Shown in pieces: positions 6,120 through 13,008 of a DNA stretch of 13,326 bases. Origin of the DNA: a virus. The DNA is taken from the UHGV virus genome UHGV-0203667; one strand, given 5' to 3'. Every line of letters begins with the position of its first letter. Within the stretch, counting starts at the first letter, position 1. The translations under genes were made by a program, and so were the position numbers. The notes beneath the pieces are model-generated. The model made no database searches and was not told the origin of the DNA. It saw only the letters and a list, made by a program, of their open reading frames with translations.

Positions 6120-6305
6120 ATGAATACCTACGAAAAGATTTATCAAAAATTAAAAAGTGATAACAATGCTCCCGTCATCAAGGGCGGGGCTTCTTCCTCT
6201 GGTGACCTCTCAATCGAAGAGCTTGCGGAGAAATATAATATTGATAAAGAGGCCCTGAAAAGGGCTATTTCATTATCAAAATCTTTAAGACAGGGCGAGG
6301 TGTAA
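6120..6305 (+). CDS. Small hypothetical protein (61 aa) immediately upstream of the tape measure gene
   Basis: ATG 6120 directly after the stop of the previous gene (TGA 6116-6118); its frame is open from 6075, overlapping the previous gene's 3' end; stop 6303-6305, 3 nt before the tape-measure ATG. Confidence 0.55.
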   Translation: MNTYEKIYQKLKSDNNAPVIKGGASSSGDLSIEELAEKYNIDKEALKRAISLSKSLRQGEV

Positions 6306-6308
6306 GAG

Positions 6309-8411
6309 ATGGCAATGAAGGAAGTCGCCAGACTAACAAACGTTATTTACTGGGACTCTGATAAATCCTCCTGGCGAAAAGAAGTTAAGCGCTTGGAGGA
6401 TTATAAAAAATCCTGGAAGAAAGCTACCGACGATATAGCTAAAGCGGATTTTAAATCTAATCAGGCTGTGCTCAGAACACAAAGAACACGCGCTAAGGTG
6501 GAAGAGCAGATCGCCAGAGCACAGAAGAAACAACGTGCTCAGGCTGTCAGCCGTCTGACCGGGGGCAATAATCCGGAGCTCTCCTCTATGCGCAAGTTCT
6601 ATCAGCAGCAAGCCAGAGAGGCCGCCAGACAACAAAAACTGTTAGATCGTAGTGTTGGAGATGTTCAGCACAGAAAAGCACGTGTAGGGGCCAACAGTGC
6701 ACGAATCAGCAGCATGTTTGATGGCTCCCTGGTTGCTCAGTTCCAATCCAGAATTCAAAGAGTTAATGCTGATTATGCTAAAGGGGCTATTAACCTGCAG
6801 ACCTATAATCAGAAAATGGCCCGACTCAGATCTGAAATGAAGATGGCAACAGCAGAGGCCGGAAAATTTCAGAGCAAACTGGATAGAGTTGCGATCACAG
6901 GATCTAAGCTGCATGACAACCTGGGGAAACTAAATTCTACTTTAGGCAAGATAGCTATTGGCCTTACTGCCGCTGGCTGGGGTGTTCAGCGTGCTGTTAG
7001 TGGTGCTATGGGTAGCCTTGCAGATCGCAACAGTGCCTACTTCGGTTTGATGGCACAGAACAAGGATGATAAAGCCAAGACTGATCAGCAGATGGCCTAC
7101 GTCAAAAGAATCTCTTATGACTACGGGATGGATCAGCGTGAGACCGAAGGCGGTTTTATGCGCTTTGCTGCAGCCACACCGAGCATAGAAGAGAAAGATA
7201 AACAGGCTCTTTTTGAGGCTATGGCTATTAAAGGTCGCTCAGTGGGTGCTACCGCAGACCAACAGAACAGGGCTATCGTTGCACTAGGGCAAATATATAG
7301 CAAGGGCGGTCGGGTGTATGCGGAAGAGCTTAAGGGCCAACTTTCTGAAGCCCTGGCAGGTTCTCAGGTAGATTTCACTAAGGCCGCTATCGATGCCGGA
7401 GTCATCAAGAAAGAGGAAGAATTTAATAAAGCCCTTGAAGATGGCAAGATCACCATGGATAAGCTTCTCCCTTCTTTGGTGAAAATCTGGTCTGCAGCCA
7501 AGAATACGAAAGCCTTTGCTGAATCCATGAAACAGCCAGAAGTAGCAATGCAGCGCATGAAAAACAGCTTTAACGAGCTGGCGATTCAGTTTATGGGTGT
7601 TGTGGATCCTGCCGATGGCGTTGTTAGCTTATCTGAATCTCTGATCTCCATCTTCGAAGACCTCACCACTGATATGGACGGCAGCGGGAGCGCGGCAAAA
7701 CAGTTTGGTGAAGCAGTCGGTGCTGCCATGCGGGAGATCATGTATTGGGTAGGCTTCGCTAAGGGATATATCGAGGTCAAGGCTAAAGAGTTCGGCATGA
7801 CCGGATCAGAGGTTGGCGAGCTTATCGGGAAACTAGTAGTCGGCTTAGCTGGTCTGAAAGTTATTACCACACTGCTTTCCCCTCTAACCGGATTTGTTTC
7901 ACTTGTCACCCAACTGATAGCCTTGTTAGGTAAAATCCCTGGTATGAGCAAGCTTATGGCATCTGCCTCAGGTGGAACGGCAACAGGAGCAGCAGTTATC
8001 AGTGCAGGCTCTAACGCTGAAAGAAGCTTCATTGATGGCAAGACGCAGGAAATGAGTAAGGAGAACTCAAAACAGGGTGCTTTGTTTGAGCTGGGAAGAT
8101 TTGTCAGCAATGCTGGCGCACTGTTCACACCTGGCGGTGATACTGGTCCTTTGTTCGATCAGGTCAAAGGCTGGTTTAATAAAGGGCCAACATTGACAGT
8201 AGACACTGGCATCAGACCAACACCAACGGGTGGCATAGCTATCCAGAATGGTGGATATCAACCAGTCCAAGTAAATGTAGCCCCACAAGGTGAGATTTCC
8301 GGCAAATGGGAGATAACCATCGATGAGGGGGGAATTGCCAGGGTGATCCAGAAGGAAGTCAGCGATCAGTTGGATTGGAAAGCCACACAGGAATCTAACC
8401 AGCTTTTCTAA
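6309..8411 (+). CDS. Phage tail tape measure protein (700 aa)
   Basis: SD GAGGTG with 7-nt spacing; charged coiled-coil-like N-terminus; motif ALGQIYSKGGRVYAEELKGQLSEALAGSQ, recalled as the conserved tape-measure motif; central hydrophobic segment (LIGKLVVGLAGLKVITTLLSPLTGFVSLVTQLIALLG); Gly-rich C-terminal part. Confidence 0.8.
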   Translation: MAMKEVARLTNVIYWDSDKSSWRKEVKRLEDYKKSWKKATDDIAKADFKSNQAVLRTQRTRAKVEEQIARAQKKQRAQAVSRLTGGNNPELSSMRKFYQQQAREAARQQKLLDRSVGDVQHRKARVGANSARISSMFDGSLVAQFQSRIQRVNADYAKGAINLQTYNQKMARLRSEMKMATAEAGKFQSKLDRVAITGSKLHDNLGKLNSTLGKIAIGLTAAGWGVQRAVSGAMGSLADRNSAYFGLMAQNKDDKAKTDQQMAYVKRISYDYGMDQRETEGGFMRFAAATPSIEEKDKQALFEAMAIKGRSVGATADQQNRAIVALGQIYSKGGRVYAEELKGQLSEALAGSQVDFTKAAIDAGVIKKEEEFNKALEDGKITMDKLLPSLVKIWSAAKNTKAFAESMKQPEVAMQRMKNSFNELAIQFMGVVDPADGVVSLSESLISIFEDLTTDMDGSGSAAKQFGEAVGAAMREIMYWVGFAKGYIEVKAKEFGMTGSEVGELIGKLVVGLAGLKVITTLLSPLTGFVSLVTQLIALLGKIPGMSKLMASASGGTATGAAVISAGSNAERSFIDGKTQEMSKENSKQGALFELGRFVSNAGALFTPGGDTGPLFDQVKGWFNKGPTLTVDTGIRPTPTGGIAIQNGGYQPVQVNVAPQGEISGKWEITIDEGGIARVIQKEVSDQLDWKATQESNQLF

Positions 8412-8423
8412 TATTGTGATCTA

Positions 8424-8439
8424 AATCAATAAGTTAGCC
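8424..8439. repeat. 16-bp direct repeat AAATCAATAAGTTAGC, copy 2 (copy 1 at 692-707)
   Basis: Exact match to 692-707; begins 13 nt after the tape-measure stop codon. Confidence 0.6.
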
Positions 8440-8462
8440 TGACCGGATAAACTCCAGGCAAG

Positions 8463-8493
8463 AAAAAAGCCCCTAAGTGTTAACAAAGGGGCT
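8463..8493 (-). terminator. Intrinsic terminator for the leftward head operon (AGCCCCT / 12-nt loop / AGGGGCT followed by UUUUUU on the minus strand)
   Basis: 7-bp stem 8468-8474 / 8487-8493; A6 on the plus strand (8463-8468) gives a U-tract on the minus-strand RNA; the plus-strand side lacks a U-tract. Confidence 0.55.
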
Positions 8494-8523
8494 CTTCTCC
8501 GGTATCCTTTTGATGCGGGGCAA

Positions 8524-8571
8524 AACCTGCTAACAAAAATCAACCTCTCGCGAGACTAATGTTAGCAGGTT
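8524..8571. repeat. Perfect 12-bp inverted repeat AACCTGCTAACA ... TGTTAGCAGGTT with 24-nt spacer containing palindrome TCTCGCGAGA
   Basis: Arms 8524-8535 and 8560-8571 are exact reverse complements; inner palindrome 8546-8555; the spacer carries a degenerate copy of the AAATCAAC(C/T)TCTCGC motif. Confidence 0.55.
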
Positions 8572-8913
8572 GCCGGAAGGTAAGTCAACTCCGGCCTATA
8601 AACCTTAAAGCGACTATAAAATTGCCCCGCCAATTGTGATGATCCGACCTTTGAGGCGGGTCCGGTGCCCAGGGGGTGCAGTGATGCACAAACCAGGCAA
8701 CGATAAACAGGCTAACAGTGATAGCGGCGCTCTCTCAGCGCACTAAATCCTAACCAGTCCGGGAAAGAGGCTGGCTCTATCGACCGCTCATGCACGGGAC
8801 AATGCATACCTGATAAAGGATTCTCACAAGGGACCAATCGCGAGAAAAGAAGTGGAAAGGGGCTGATTTGTGGTGTATCACTACGGCCTCAAAAGACACC
8901 CTATTGCCTTTTT

Positions 8914-9372
8914 TCAGCCTCTCCCCACATTTGACCAGTATTTGATTGCACCGATCAAATCATCATAGTGGCGCATTGCATCATTGAAGCCTTTATAGCT
9001 TGCCCATTGTGGGGAAACCTTGTTGTTGCTGAATTGCCCACTAATCAGGATAGTCTCCAGAATGTCGGCGTATCGCTTGCCAATTCGCTTCCTGACGGCC
9101 TCAGAGCTCCCACCCTTTACGATTGCATTAATCAGGGCTTTTGTGTGTCTCAGGCTCTCATAGAGCATTGCAGCGTGGGCAGATTCCATAAAGGAGCGCT
9201 TAGGCAGATCACCCCACCCCTCAGAATGAATTGCTGCCAATGTGGCGTAATTCAGGCCGCTATAGTGTTTCCCGTCATCCCAGCCAACCGCTACACCTTC
9301 CATCTGTGAGAGCTCTTTATGCAGCTTATCCATCATGCGCTTGTCTATGGTGCAACGGACTTTCGGACTCAT
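8914..9372 (-). CDS. Hypothetical phage virion morphogenesis / head-tail joining protein (152 aa); family not verified
   Basis: Last gene of the leftward structural operon; start ATG overlaps the stop of the upstream gene (ATGA), suggesting translational coupling. Confidence 0.7.
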   Translation of the reverse strand: MSPKVRCTIDKRMMDKLHKELSQMEGVAVGWDDGKHYSGLNYATLAAIHSEGWGDLPKRSFMESAHAAMLYESLRHTKALINAIVKGGSSEAVRKRIGKRYADILETILISGQFSNNKVSPQWASYKGFNDAMRHYDDLIGAIKYWSNVGRG

Positions 9373-10181
9373 TTGTTGATCTCCGTGATGTCATCAAGCA
9401 ACATGTTGGCCTTATCAATCATCGTTTCGTGGAACTCATTCGACACGACAGACTTATCACCTGCTGCAATCTTTCCCGCTGCCTCTCCCTGTGCATATTC
9501 CCCGCGATGCTTAGCCCTGGTTGATTTCGTAGCAGCATTGCCAGCGTTACTACCCTCTTTAGCACTGTTAACAGCACCCTTTTGCTGTGTTTTATTCACC
9601 TTCTTACTGTTAGTGAAAACTCCGGCATTTTCGACCATCTTCACCTTGAAGGTGCGGAATTCTTCAAAAGTGCAATCAATAGTGATGCAGTCGCCAGAGG
9701 AAGAGCTACGCTTAACTTCACATTTCGTCATGATGAAGTTCTCAAGGAGTCCGACATCTTCACCCACCAGGCTGATAATCTGGCGCTTGTCTCTCATTTC
9801 CATAAGTGCCTGAACAGCGGCAGCAGGGCGCATAGATTCACGGGGATTATCTGGATCAGTGTTCCGGTCGATGTAGTTCTCTTTCCGGATGATATGAGGG
9901 GAAGAGGTAATAATACCCGTAAAGCTGACAGATTTATCTTTAATGACGGCATGGTCTGACATGGTGGTGCCATCCTCGACCGCATAGCTCGATTTCTCAA
10001 CAGGGAACGAATAGCTGACATCAGAGATAGAGTCAAAGAAGATAGCCACATTATCGGTATAGTTGAAGCCATCCATCATATTTTTGTTTTGTGAATATCC
10101 CCCACACATAACAGTGAATGCAGGAGATCTCGACTCAGCTTGTTTTGCAGCTGTCAGAGCATCACTAGCCATATTAAACAT
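9369..10181 (-). CDS. Hypothetical phage structural protein (270 aa) with Lys/Ala/Gly-rich low-complexity C-terminal half
   Basis: In the head operon downstream of the major capsid gene; GGAGG lies 1 nt before ATG 10181 and 10 nt before the in-frame ATG 10172, so the true start may be 10172. Confidence 0.7.
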   Translation of the reverse strand: MFNMASDALTAAKQAESRSPAFTVMCGGYSQNKNMMDGFNYTDNVAIFFDSISDVSYSFPVEKSSYAVEDGTTMSDHAVIKDKSVSFTGIITSSPHIIRKENYIDRNTDPDNPRESMRPAAAVQALMEMRDKRQIISLVGEDVGLLENFIMTKCEVKRSSSSGDCITIDCTFEEFRTFKVKMVENAGVFTNSKKVNKTQQKGAVNSAKEGSNAGNAATKSTRAKHRGEYAQGEAAGKIAAGDKSVVSNEFHETMIDKANMLLDDITEINK

Positions 10182-10246
10182 GCCTCCAAATTGAATCTTT
10201 TGGTGGCCCTGTGTGAATTCTGATAAAAAGACAGGGCTATCTATCG

Positions 10247-10498
10247 TTATTTTGCAAAACGATTATGCGCATTCAGGGCTTTTTTGCGGTCCTGGGCTTG
10301 TTTGCGTGCAATAAAATGTTCGAAAGTCTCGGCCCAGGTGCATTTATTATATTCACGGTATTTGTGCATAGCCTGGCGGCTAACTTGATAGACAGATGCG
10401 AATGTGGAGATACGCAGGAATTCCGGCAGATCCTCGTCATCGATATGGATAATATCAAAAGGCACGTCATCACGGTCGCCGTATAAAACAATTTTCAT
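10247..10498 (-). CDS. Small hypothetical protein (83 aa) with an HTH-like stretch (LRISTFASVYQVSRQAMHKY)
   Basis: ATG 10498 with SD GAGGTG at 5-nt spacing (the track's GTG at 10507 lacks an RBS); lies between the major capsid gene and the 270-aa gene. Confidence 0.6.
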   Translation of the reverse strand: MKIVLYGDRDDVPFDIIHIDDEDLPEFLRISTFASVYQVSRQAMHKYREYNKCTWAETFEHFIARKQAQDRKKALNAHNRFAK

Positions 10499-10534
10499 AA
10501 AAGACACCTCAAAAACTTAAGACGGGGATAACAA

Positions 10535-10584
10535 AAAAGGGAGGAGGGAAAGACCTACCCACAATCTCCCACCTCTTCCCTTTT
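10535..10584 (-). terminator. Terminator-like or attenuator hairpin just downstream of the major capsid gene (G/C-rich imperfect stem with T-tracts on both sides)
   Basis: GGGAGGAGG (10539-10547) pairs with CCTCTTCCC (10572-10580), with one non-Watson-Crick position; T-runs flank it on both strands; large loop, so probably partial termination only. Confidence 0.3.
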
Positions 10585-10587
10585 CTT

Positions 10588-11631
10588 TTATTTAGCCTTG
10601 GCTTTTGCCAGAGCAGCGGCGGCGGTGTTTTTAACACTCACTTTAACCACCACCTCGGGCATCATATTCATAAATGCGTATGAGCTCTCGCAAAAGACCT
10701 CGCGCTTAGCTCTTGAATCTTGCATATACATGAAAGCTTCACGTGCAGCGCCGTTTGCCAGCTGCAGATTGCGAGCGCAAGGGCCAAAAAATTGAGTATA
10801 AACACCCATATCGCCCAGTGCATAAGGCTGGAATTGTGGGACCAGATAAGCAGTATTCTCTGGCAGACTATCCATTTGCACCACACGCAGGGCTAAGCCC
10901 GGAATGCGGAAGGTCGGGAAGCCCGGCAGAATATCCTCAGGGAACATCAGACCTTTGTCGGTAATGTTCTGATTGCCGAACAACAGCACTTTACGAAGCA
11001 GCTCGTCAGTCTGAATTGCAGCAAAGAGTTCAGCACGGCAGAACAGGGTGAAACCACGCAGGGCACGAACGACACCACGCTGTTTAACCTTGCTCAGTGC
11101 AACCAGGTCCTGCAGCTGTTTAAGGATATCTTGAGCTAGATCCACTTCAGAGGTGGACTGTTCTACTCCCAGCAGTTCGCACACATTCAGTTCTTTACCC
11201 TTGGTGAGGATAATTTTGTTCTCAAAGAGAGCAAGCTGGCGTGCTTCTTCGTGGGTCTGGCGTAAGCCTTCGCCAAGCTGAATAACACGACGAGCGGTTA
11301 CAGACTCTAAATTCTCTTCGGAATCTTTGCCCGGAACACGGATACCTTGCCAGTCTGACGGGAATATGGCCGAGCTGGCGGCTGTAAAGGCCATGTCGCC
11401 CGTGCCCGTTTCACGCTCATCTGCGGTAATGGTAGCCATCTGTTCACCGTAGCGCGGATACTGACCGAAAGCGGTTTGTTTCACCCTGCGAACTTTGTCG
11501 TACTCAAATTTGAACGTCGAAGAATAGACGGTAGTATTAAACACGTTCATTGCTGAAATAATCTGGTTATCCAGCGGGATATCTTTAATCAGACCACACA
11601 GATCGCGAACTTCGAATTCTTTCTTAGCCAT
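10588..11631 (-). CDS. Major capsid protein, lambda gpE-like (347 aa)
   Basis: Perfect SD AAGGAGG 6 nt upstream of ATG 11631 (the track's longer N-terminal extension is discounted); size about 340 aa; segments recalled as resembling lambda gpE (RRVIQLGEGLRQTHEEARQLA ~ RRRIIMQNMRDEELAIAQVEE; C-terminal REAFMYMQDS...PEVVVKV ~ AREFTMIQSAP...DEFVSV); preceded by a decoration-sized gene. Confidence 0.7.
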   Translation of the reverse strand: MAKKEFEVRDLCGLIKDIPLDNQIISAMNVFNTTVYSSTFKFEYDKVRRVKQTAFGQYPRYGEQMATITADERETGTGDMAFTAASSAIFPSDWQGIRVPGKDSEENLESVTARRVIQLGEGLRQTHEEARQLALFENKIILTKGKELNVCELLGVEQSTSEVDLAQDILKQLQDLVALSKVKQRGVVRALRGFTLFCRAELFAAIQTDELLRKVLLFGNQNITDKGLMFPEDILPGFPTFRIPGLALRVVQMDSLPENTAYLVPQFQPYALGDMGVYTQFFGPCARNLQLANGAAREAFMYMQDSRAKREVFCESSYAFMNMMPEVVVKVSVKNTAAAALAKAKAK

Positions 11632-11642
11632 TTTCAACCTCC

Positions 11643-11978
11643 TTATTGTGCAACACGCAAATCGCCATTGCTGGCAGCAACAACAGCGGCTAAGCCGTCT
11701 TTGTCCACATAGGCCGGATTGATGTAGCAACCTTTGTTCGCAACAACGATAAAGGAATCACCAACTTCAGCACGTTCTACAACCAGCAGCGGAGTTTTAT
11801 CGGTGTGCGTTGCTTTAACGAAGGTCTCAACCTCGCCAGCCTCAGTCACCACAACAACAGTGCCAGCCGGAATCTCAGCCTTAACTTTGTTTTTAACTTC
11901 AACGTCGCGAATACTAAATTGCTCATCTGCGGCGTATGAAATGATGTGTCCGCGTGTGCGGATAGTCATATCTCTCAT
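11643..11978 (-). CDS. Head decoration-like protein (111 aa), first gene of the head operon
   Basis: SD AGGTGA 5 nt upstream of ATG 11978; size and position immediately upstream of the major capsid gene match the lambda gpD arrangement; no sequence-level similarity to gpD confirmed. Confidence 0.6.
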   Translation of the reverse strand: MRDMTIRTRGHIISYAADEQFSIRDVEVKNKVKAEIPAGTVVVVTEAGEVETFVKATHTDKTPLLVVERAEVGDSFIVVANKGCYINPAYVDKDGLAAVVAASNGDLRVAQ

Positions 11979-12458
11979 TTGATCACCTGCGATTTAAATT
12001 AACTCCCCTCAAAGGGCTCAGGTATAACCTCTCAAACCACGACAGGCTCGGGCCGAAAAGTTATGCCGGAAATCTAAAGGGGGATTGATATAAGGAGAGG
12101 GAGATAGCCCCGCACCGTCCAAGCGGGGGCTATTCCATATGGGGAAAACCAACAACAGTTGGCTGATAGTTCACTGCATGGTTACGGTTGCTAGAGAGCA
12201 CTATCACGAAAGGCACTCCCCCGAATCAGTTCAGGCTGCGGTCACATCAGCGGGGAAATACCTTTCGGGATAGCTACCCACACCGAAAACCCGCAAAAGA
12301 AAACTGTGTGGATAACTAGCCCAATAGGAGAATTAATCGACCACTCTAAGATGATCAGGGTAGTGTTATTTATAAGGCGGCACCGCTACCTGGTCGCCGT
12401 TACTTTGGAGGAAAATACGGCAAATCACCTTCGCTAAATGATTCACGGTATACTGTAT

Positions 12459-12487
12459 ATTATATCAGTATTTACTCACATTGTCAA
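12459..12487 (-). promoter_or_regulatory. Consensus sigma70 promoter P2 for the leftward head operon: TTGACA, 17-bp spacer, TATAAT on the minus strand
   Basis: Minus-strand -35 is the complement of 12482-12487 and -10 the complement of 12459-12464; 22 of 29 positions identical to P1 (3031-3059); leaves a ~470-nt untranslated leader before ATG 11978. Confidence 0.6.
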
Positions 12488-12576
12488 CACCCTGATTATA
12501 TAAATTCTAATAATTAGCGTAGTAACGGTATTTTCAGACCTCTATCAATCCCATCAATACGTCACCTCATCCCTGA

Positions 12577-12622
12577 CCTGCTTTGCAGGCTTGGCACACA
12601 GCCAAGGTCGCAGCTATGCGAC
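12577..12622 (+). promoter_or_regulatory. Three-hairpin element copy 2 (CCTGC-ttt-GCAGG; CTTGGC-acaca-GCCAAG; GTCGCA-gcta-TGCGAC)
   Basis: Same three-stem architecture as 5117-5159; stem 2 differs by A>G paired with T>C, stem 3 by C>T paired with G>A; loop GCTA conserved. Confidence 0.5.
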
Positions 12623-12629
12623 TCCTATC

Positions 12630-12660
12630 ATCTATCATAACTTTTTCATTCGTGATAGAT
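12630..12660. promoter_or_regulatory. 8-bp inverted repeat ATCTATCA / 15-nt spacer / TGATAGAT, candidate operator
   Basis: Arms 12630-12637 and 12653-12660; lies between the three-hairpin element and the small rightward genes; ATCAAT repeats nearby (12544-12558, 12671-12682). Confidence 0.3.
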
Positions 12661-12757
12661 ATCTTTTGATCAATATCAATGTTTTCCTGGGATTTGCCCG
12701 GCTATAGTTCGAATCAAGGAAGGGGAGCATTGATAGCACCAAAACCGAACAAACAAA

Positions 12758-12772
12758 TCAACTTCTCGCAAA
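12758..12772 (+). promoter_or_regulatory. Conserved leader motif TCAACTTCTCGCAAA directly 5' of the SD of the 12784 gene (identical copy at 13301-13315)
   Basis: 15-nt exact repeat; both copies are followed by an SD-like sequence (AAAGGTGA / AAAGGGG); the TCTCGCAAA core also lies in the P1 spacer (3038-3046). Confidence 0.45.
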
Positions 12773-12783
12773 AGGTGATAGTT

Positions 12784-12906
12784 ATGGGTATCAAGAACAG
12801 TGCCAGCGCATGGCAAAAGGCCAGGTTTCATCACCCACACATTGTTAAGGCAATTGAGGTGGTTGGAGTGTTAGCCCTGATGTTAGCTCTGTGTGTGGAG
12901 GTGTGA
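12784..12906 (+). CDS. Small peptide (40 aa) with hydrophobic C-terminal segment, predicted membrane peptide
   Basis: SD AGGTGA at 12772-12777, 6-nt spacing to ATG 12784; MGIKNSASAWQKARFHHPHIVKAIEVVGVLALMLALCVEV; the track ORF starts earlier (12679) but has no RBS there. Confidence 0.45.
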   Translation: MGIKNSASAWQKARFHHPHIVKAIEVVGVLALMLALCVEV

Positions 12907-13008
12907 GATGGGCAAAGGAGGCAAAGCATTTTTTAATAGGTCTGGCTATCCTGGATGTTCTACTAATCATGATTGAGCGGAGTTTATGAACAGCATTGAG
13001 AGGAGTTT

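Noticed and set aside
6333-8288. Minus-strand ORFs of 64-180 aa (6333-6635, 6642-6914, 7364-7558, 7586-8128, 8067-8288)
   Set aside because: All lie antisense within the tape measure gene; typical shadow ORFs of a long gene, with no RBS support.
8853-8880. tmRNA-like 5' end (GGGGCTGATTTGTGG resembles GGGGCUGAUUCUGG)
   Set aside because: The similarity is limited to about 12 nt; the downstream sequence runs into a protein-coding gene and shows no tmRNA domains.
8968-10072. ORFs antisense to the leftward head genes (8968-9309, 9231-9524, 9319-9813, 9582-9959 on plus; 9794-10072 on minus in another frame)
   Set aside because: Overlap better-supported minus-strand genes that have SD sequences and translational coupling; judged spurious.
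10265-11982. ORFs overlapping the small gene, capsid and decoration genes (10265-10486, 10273-10491, 10598-10795, 10668-10886, 10743-10964, 11734-11982)
   Set aside because: Alternative-frame or antisense ORFs inside genes with strong RBS and coherent operon structure.
12306-12314. Replication origin inferred from the single DnaA box TGTGGATAA
   Set aside because: Only one perfect box and no cluster or adjacent AT-rich 13-mers; kept as a note inside the leader finding rather than called as an origin.
12591-12607. Sigma54 promoter (TGGCAC within copy 2 of the three-hairpin element)
   Set aside because: No TTGC(A/T) element at the required spacing after TGGCAC; copy 1 lacks TGGCAC altogether.
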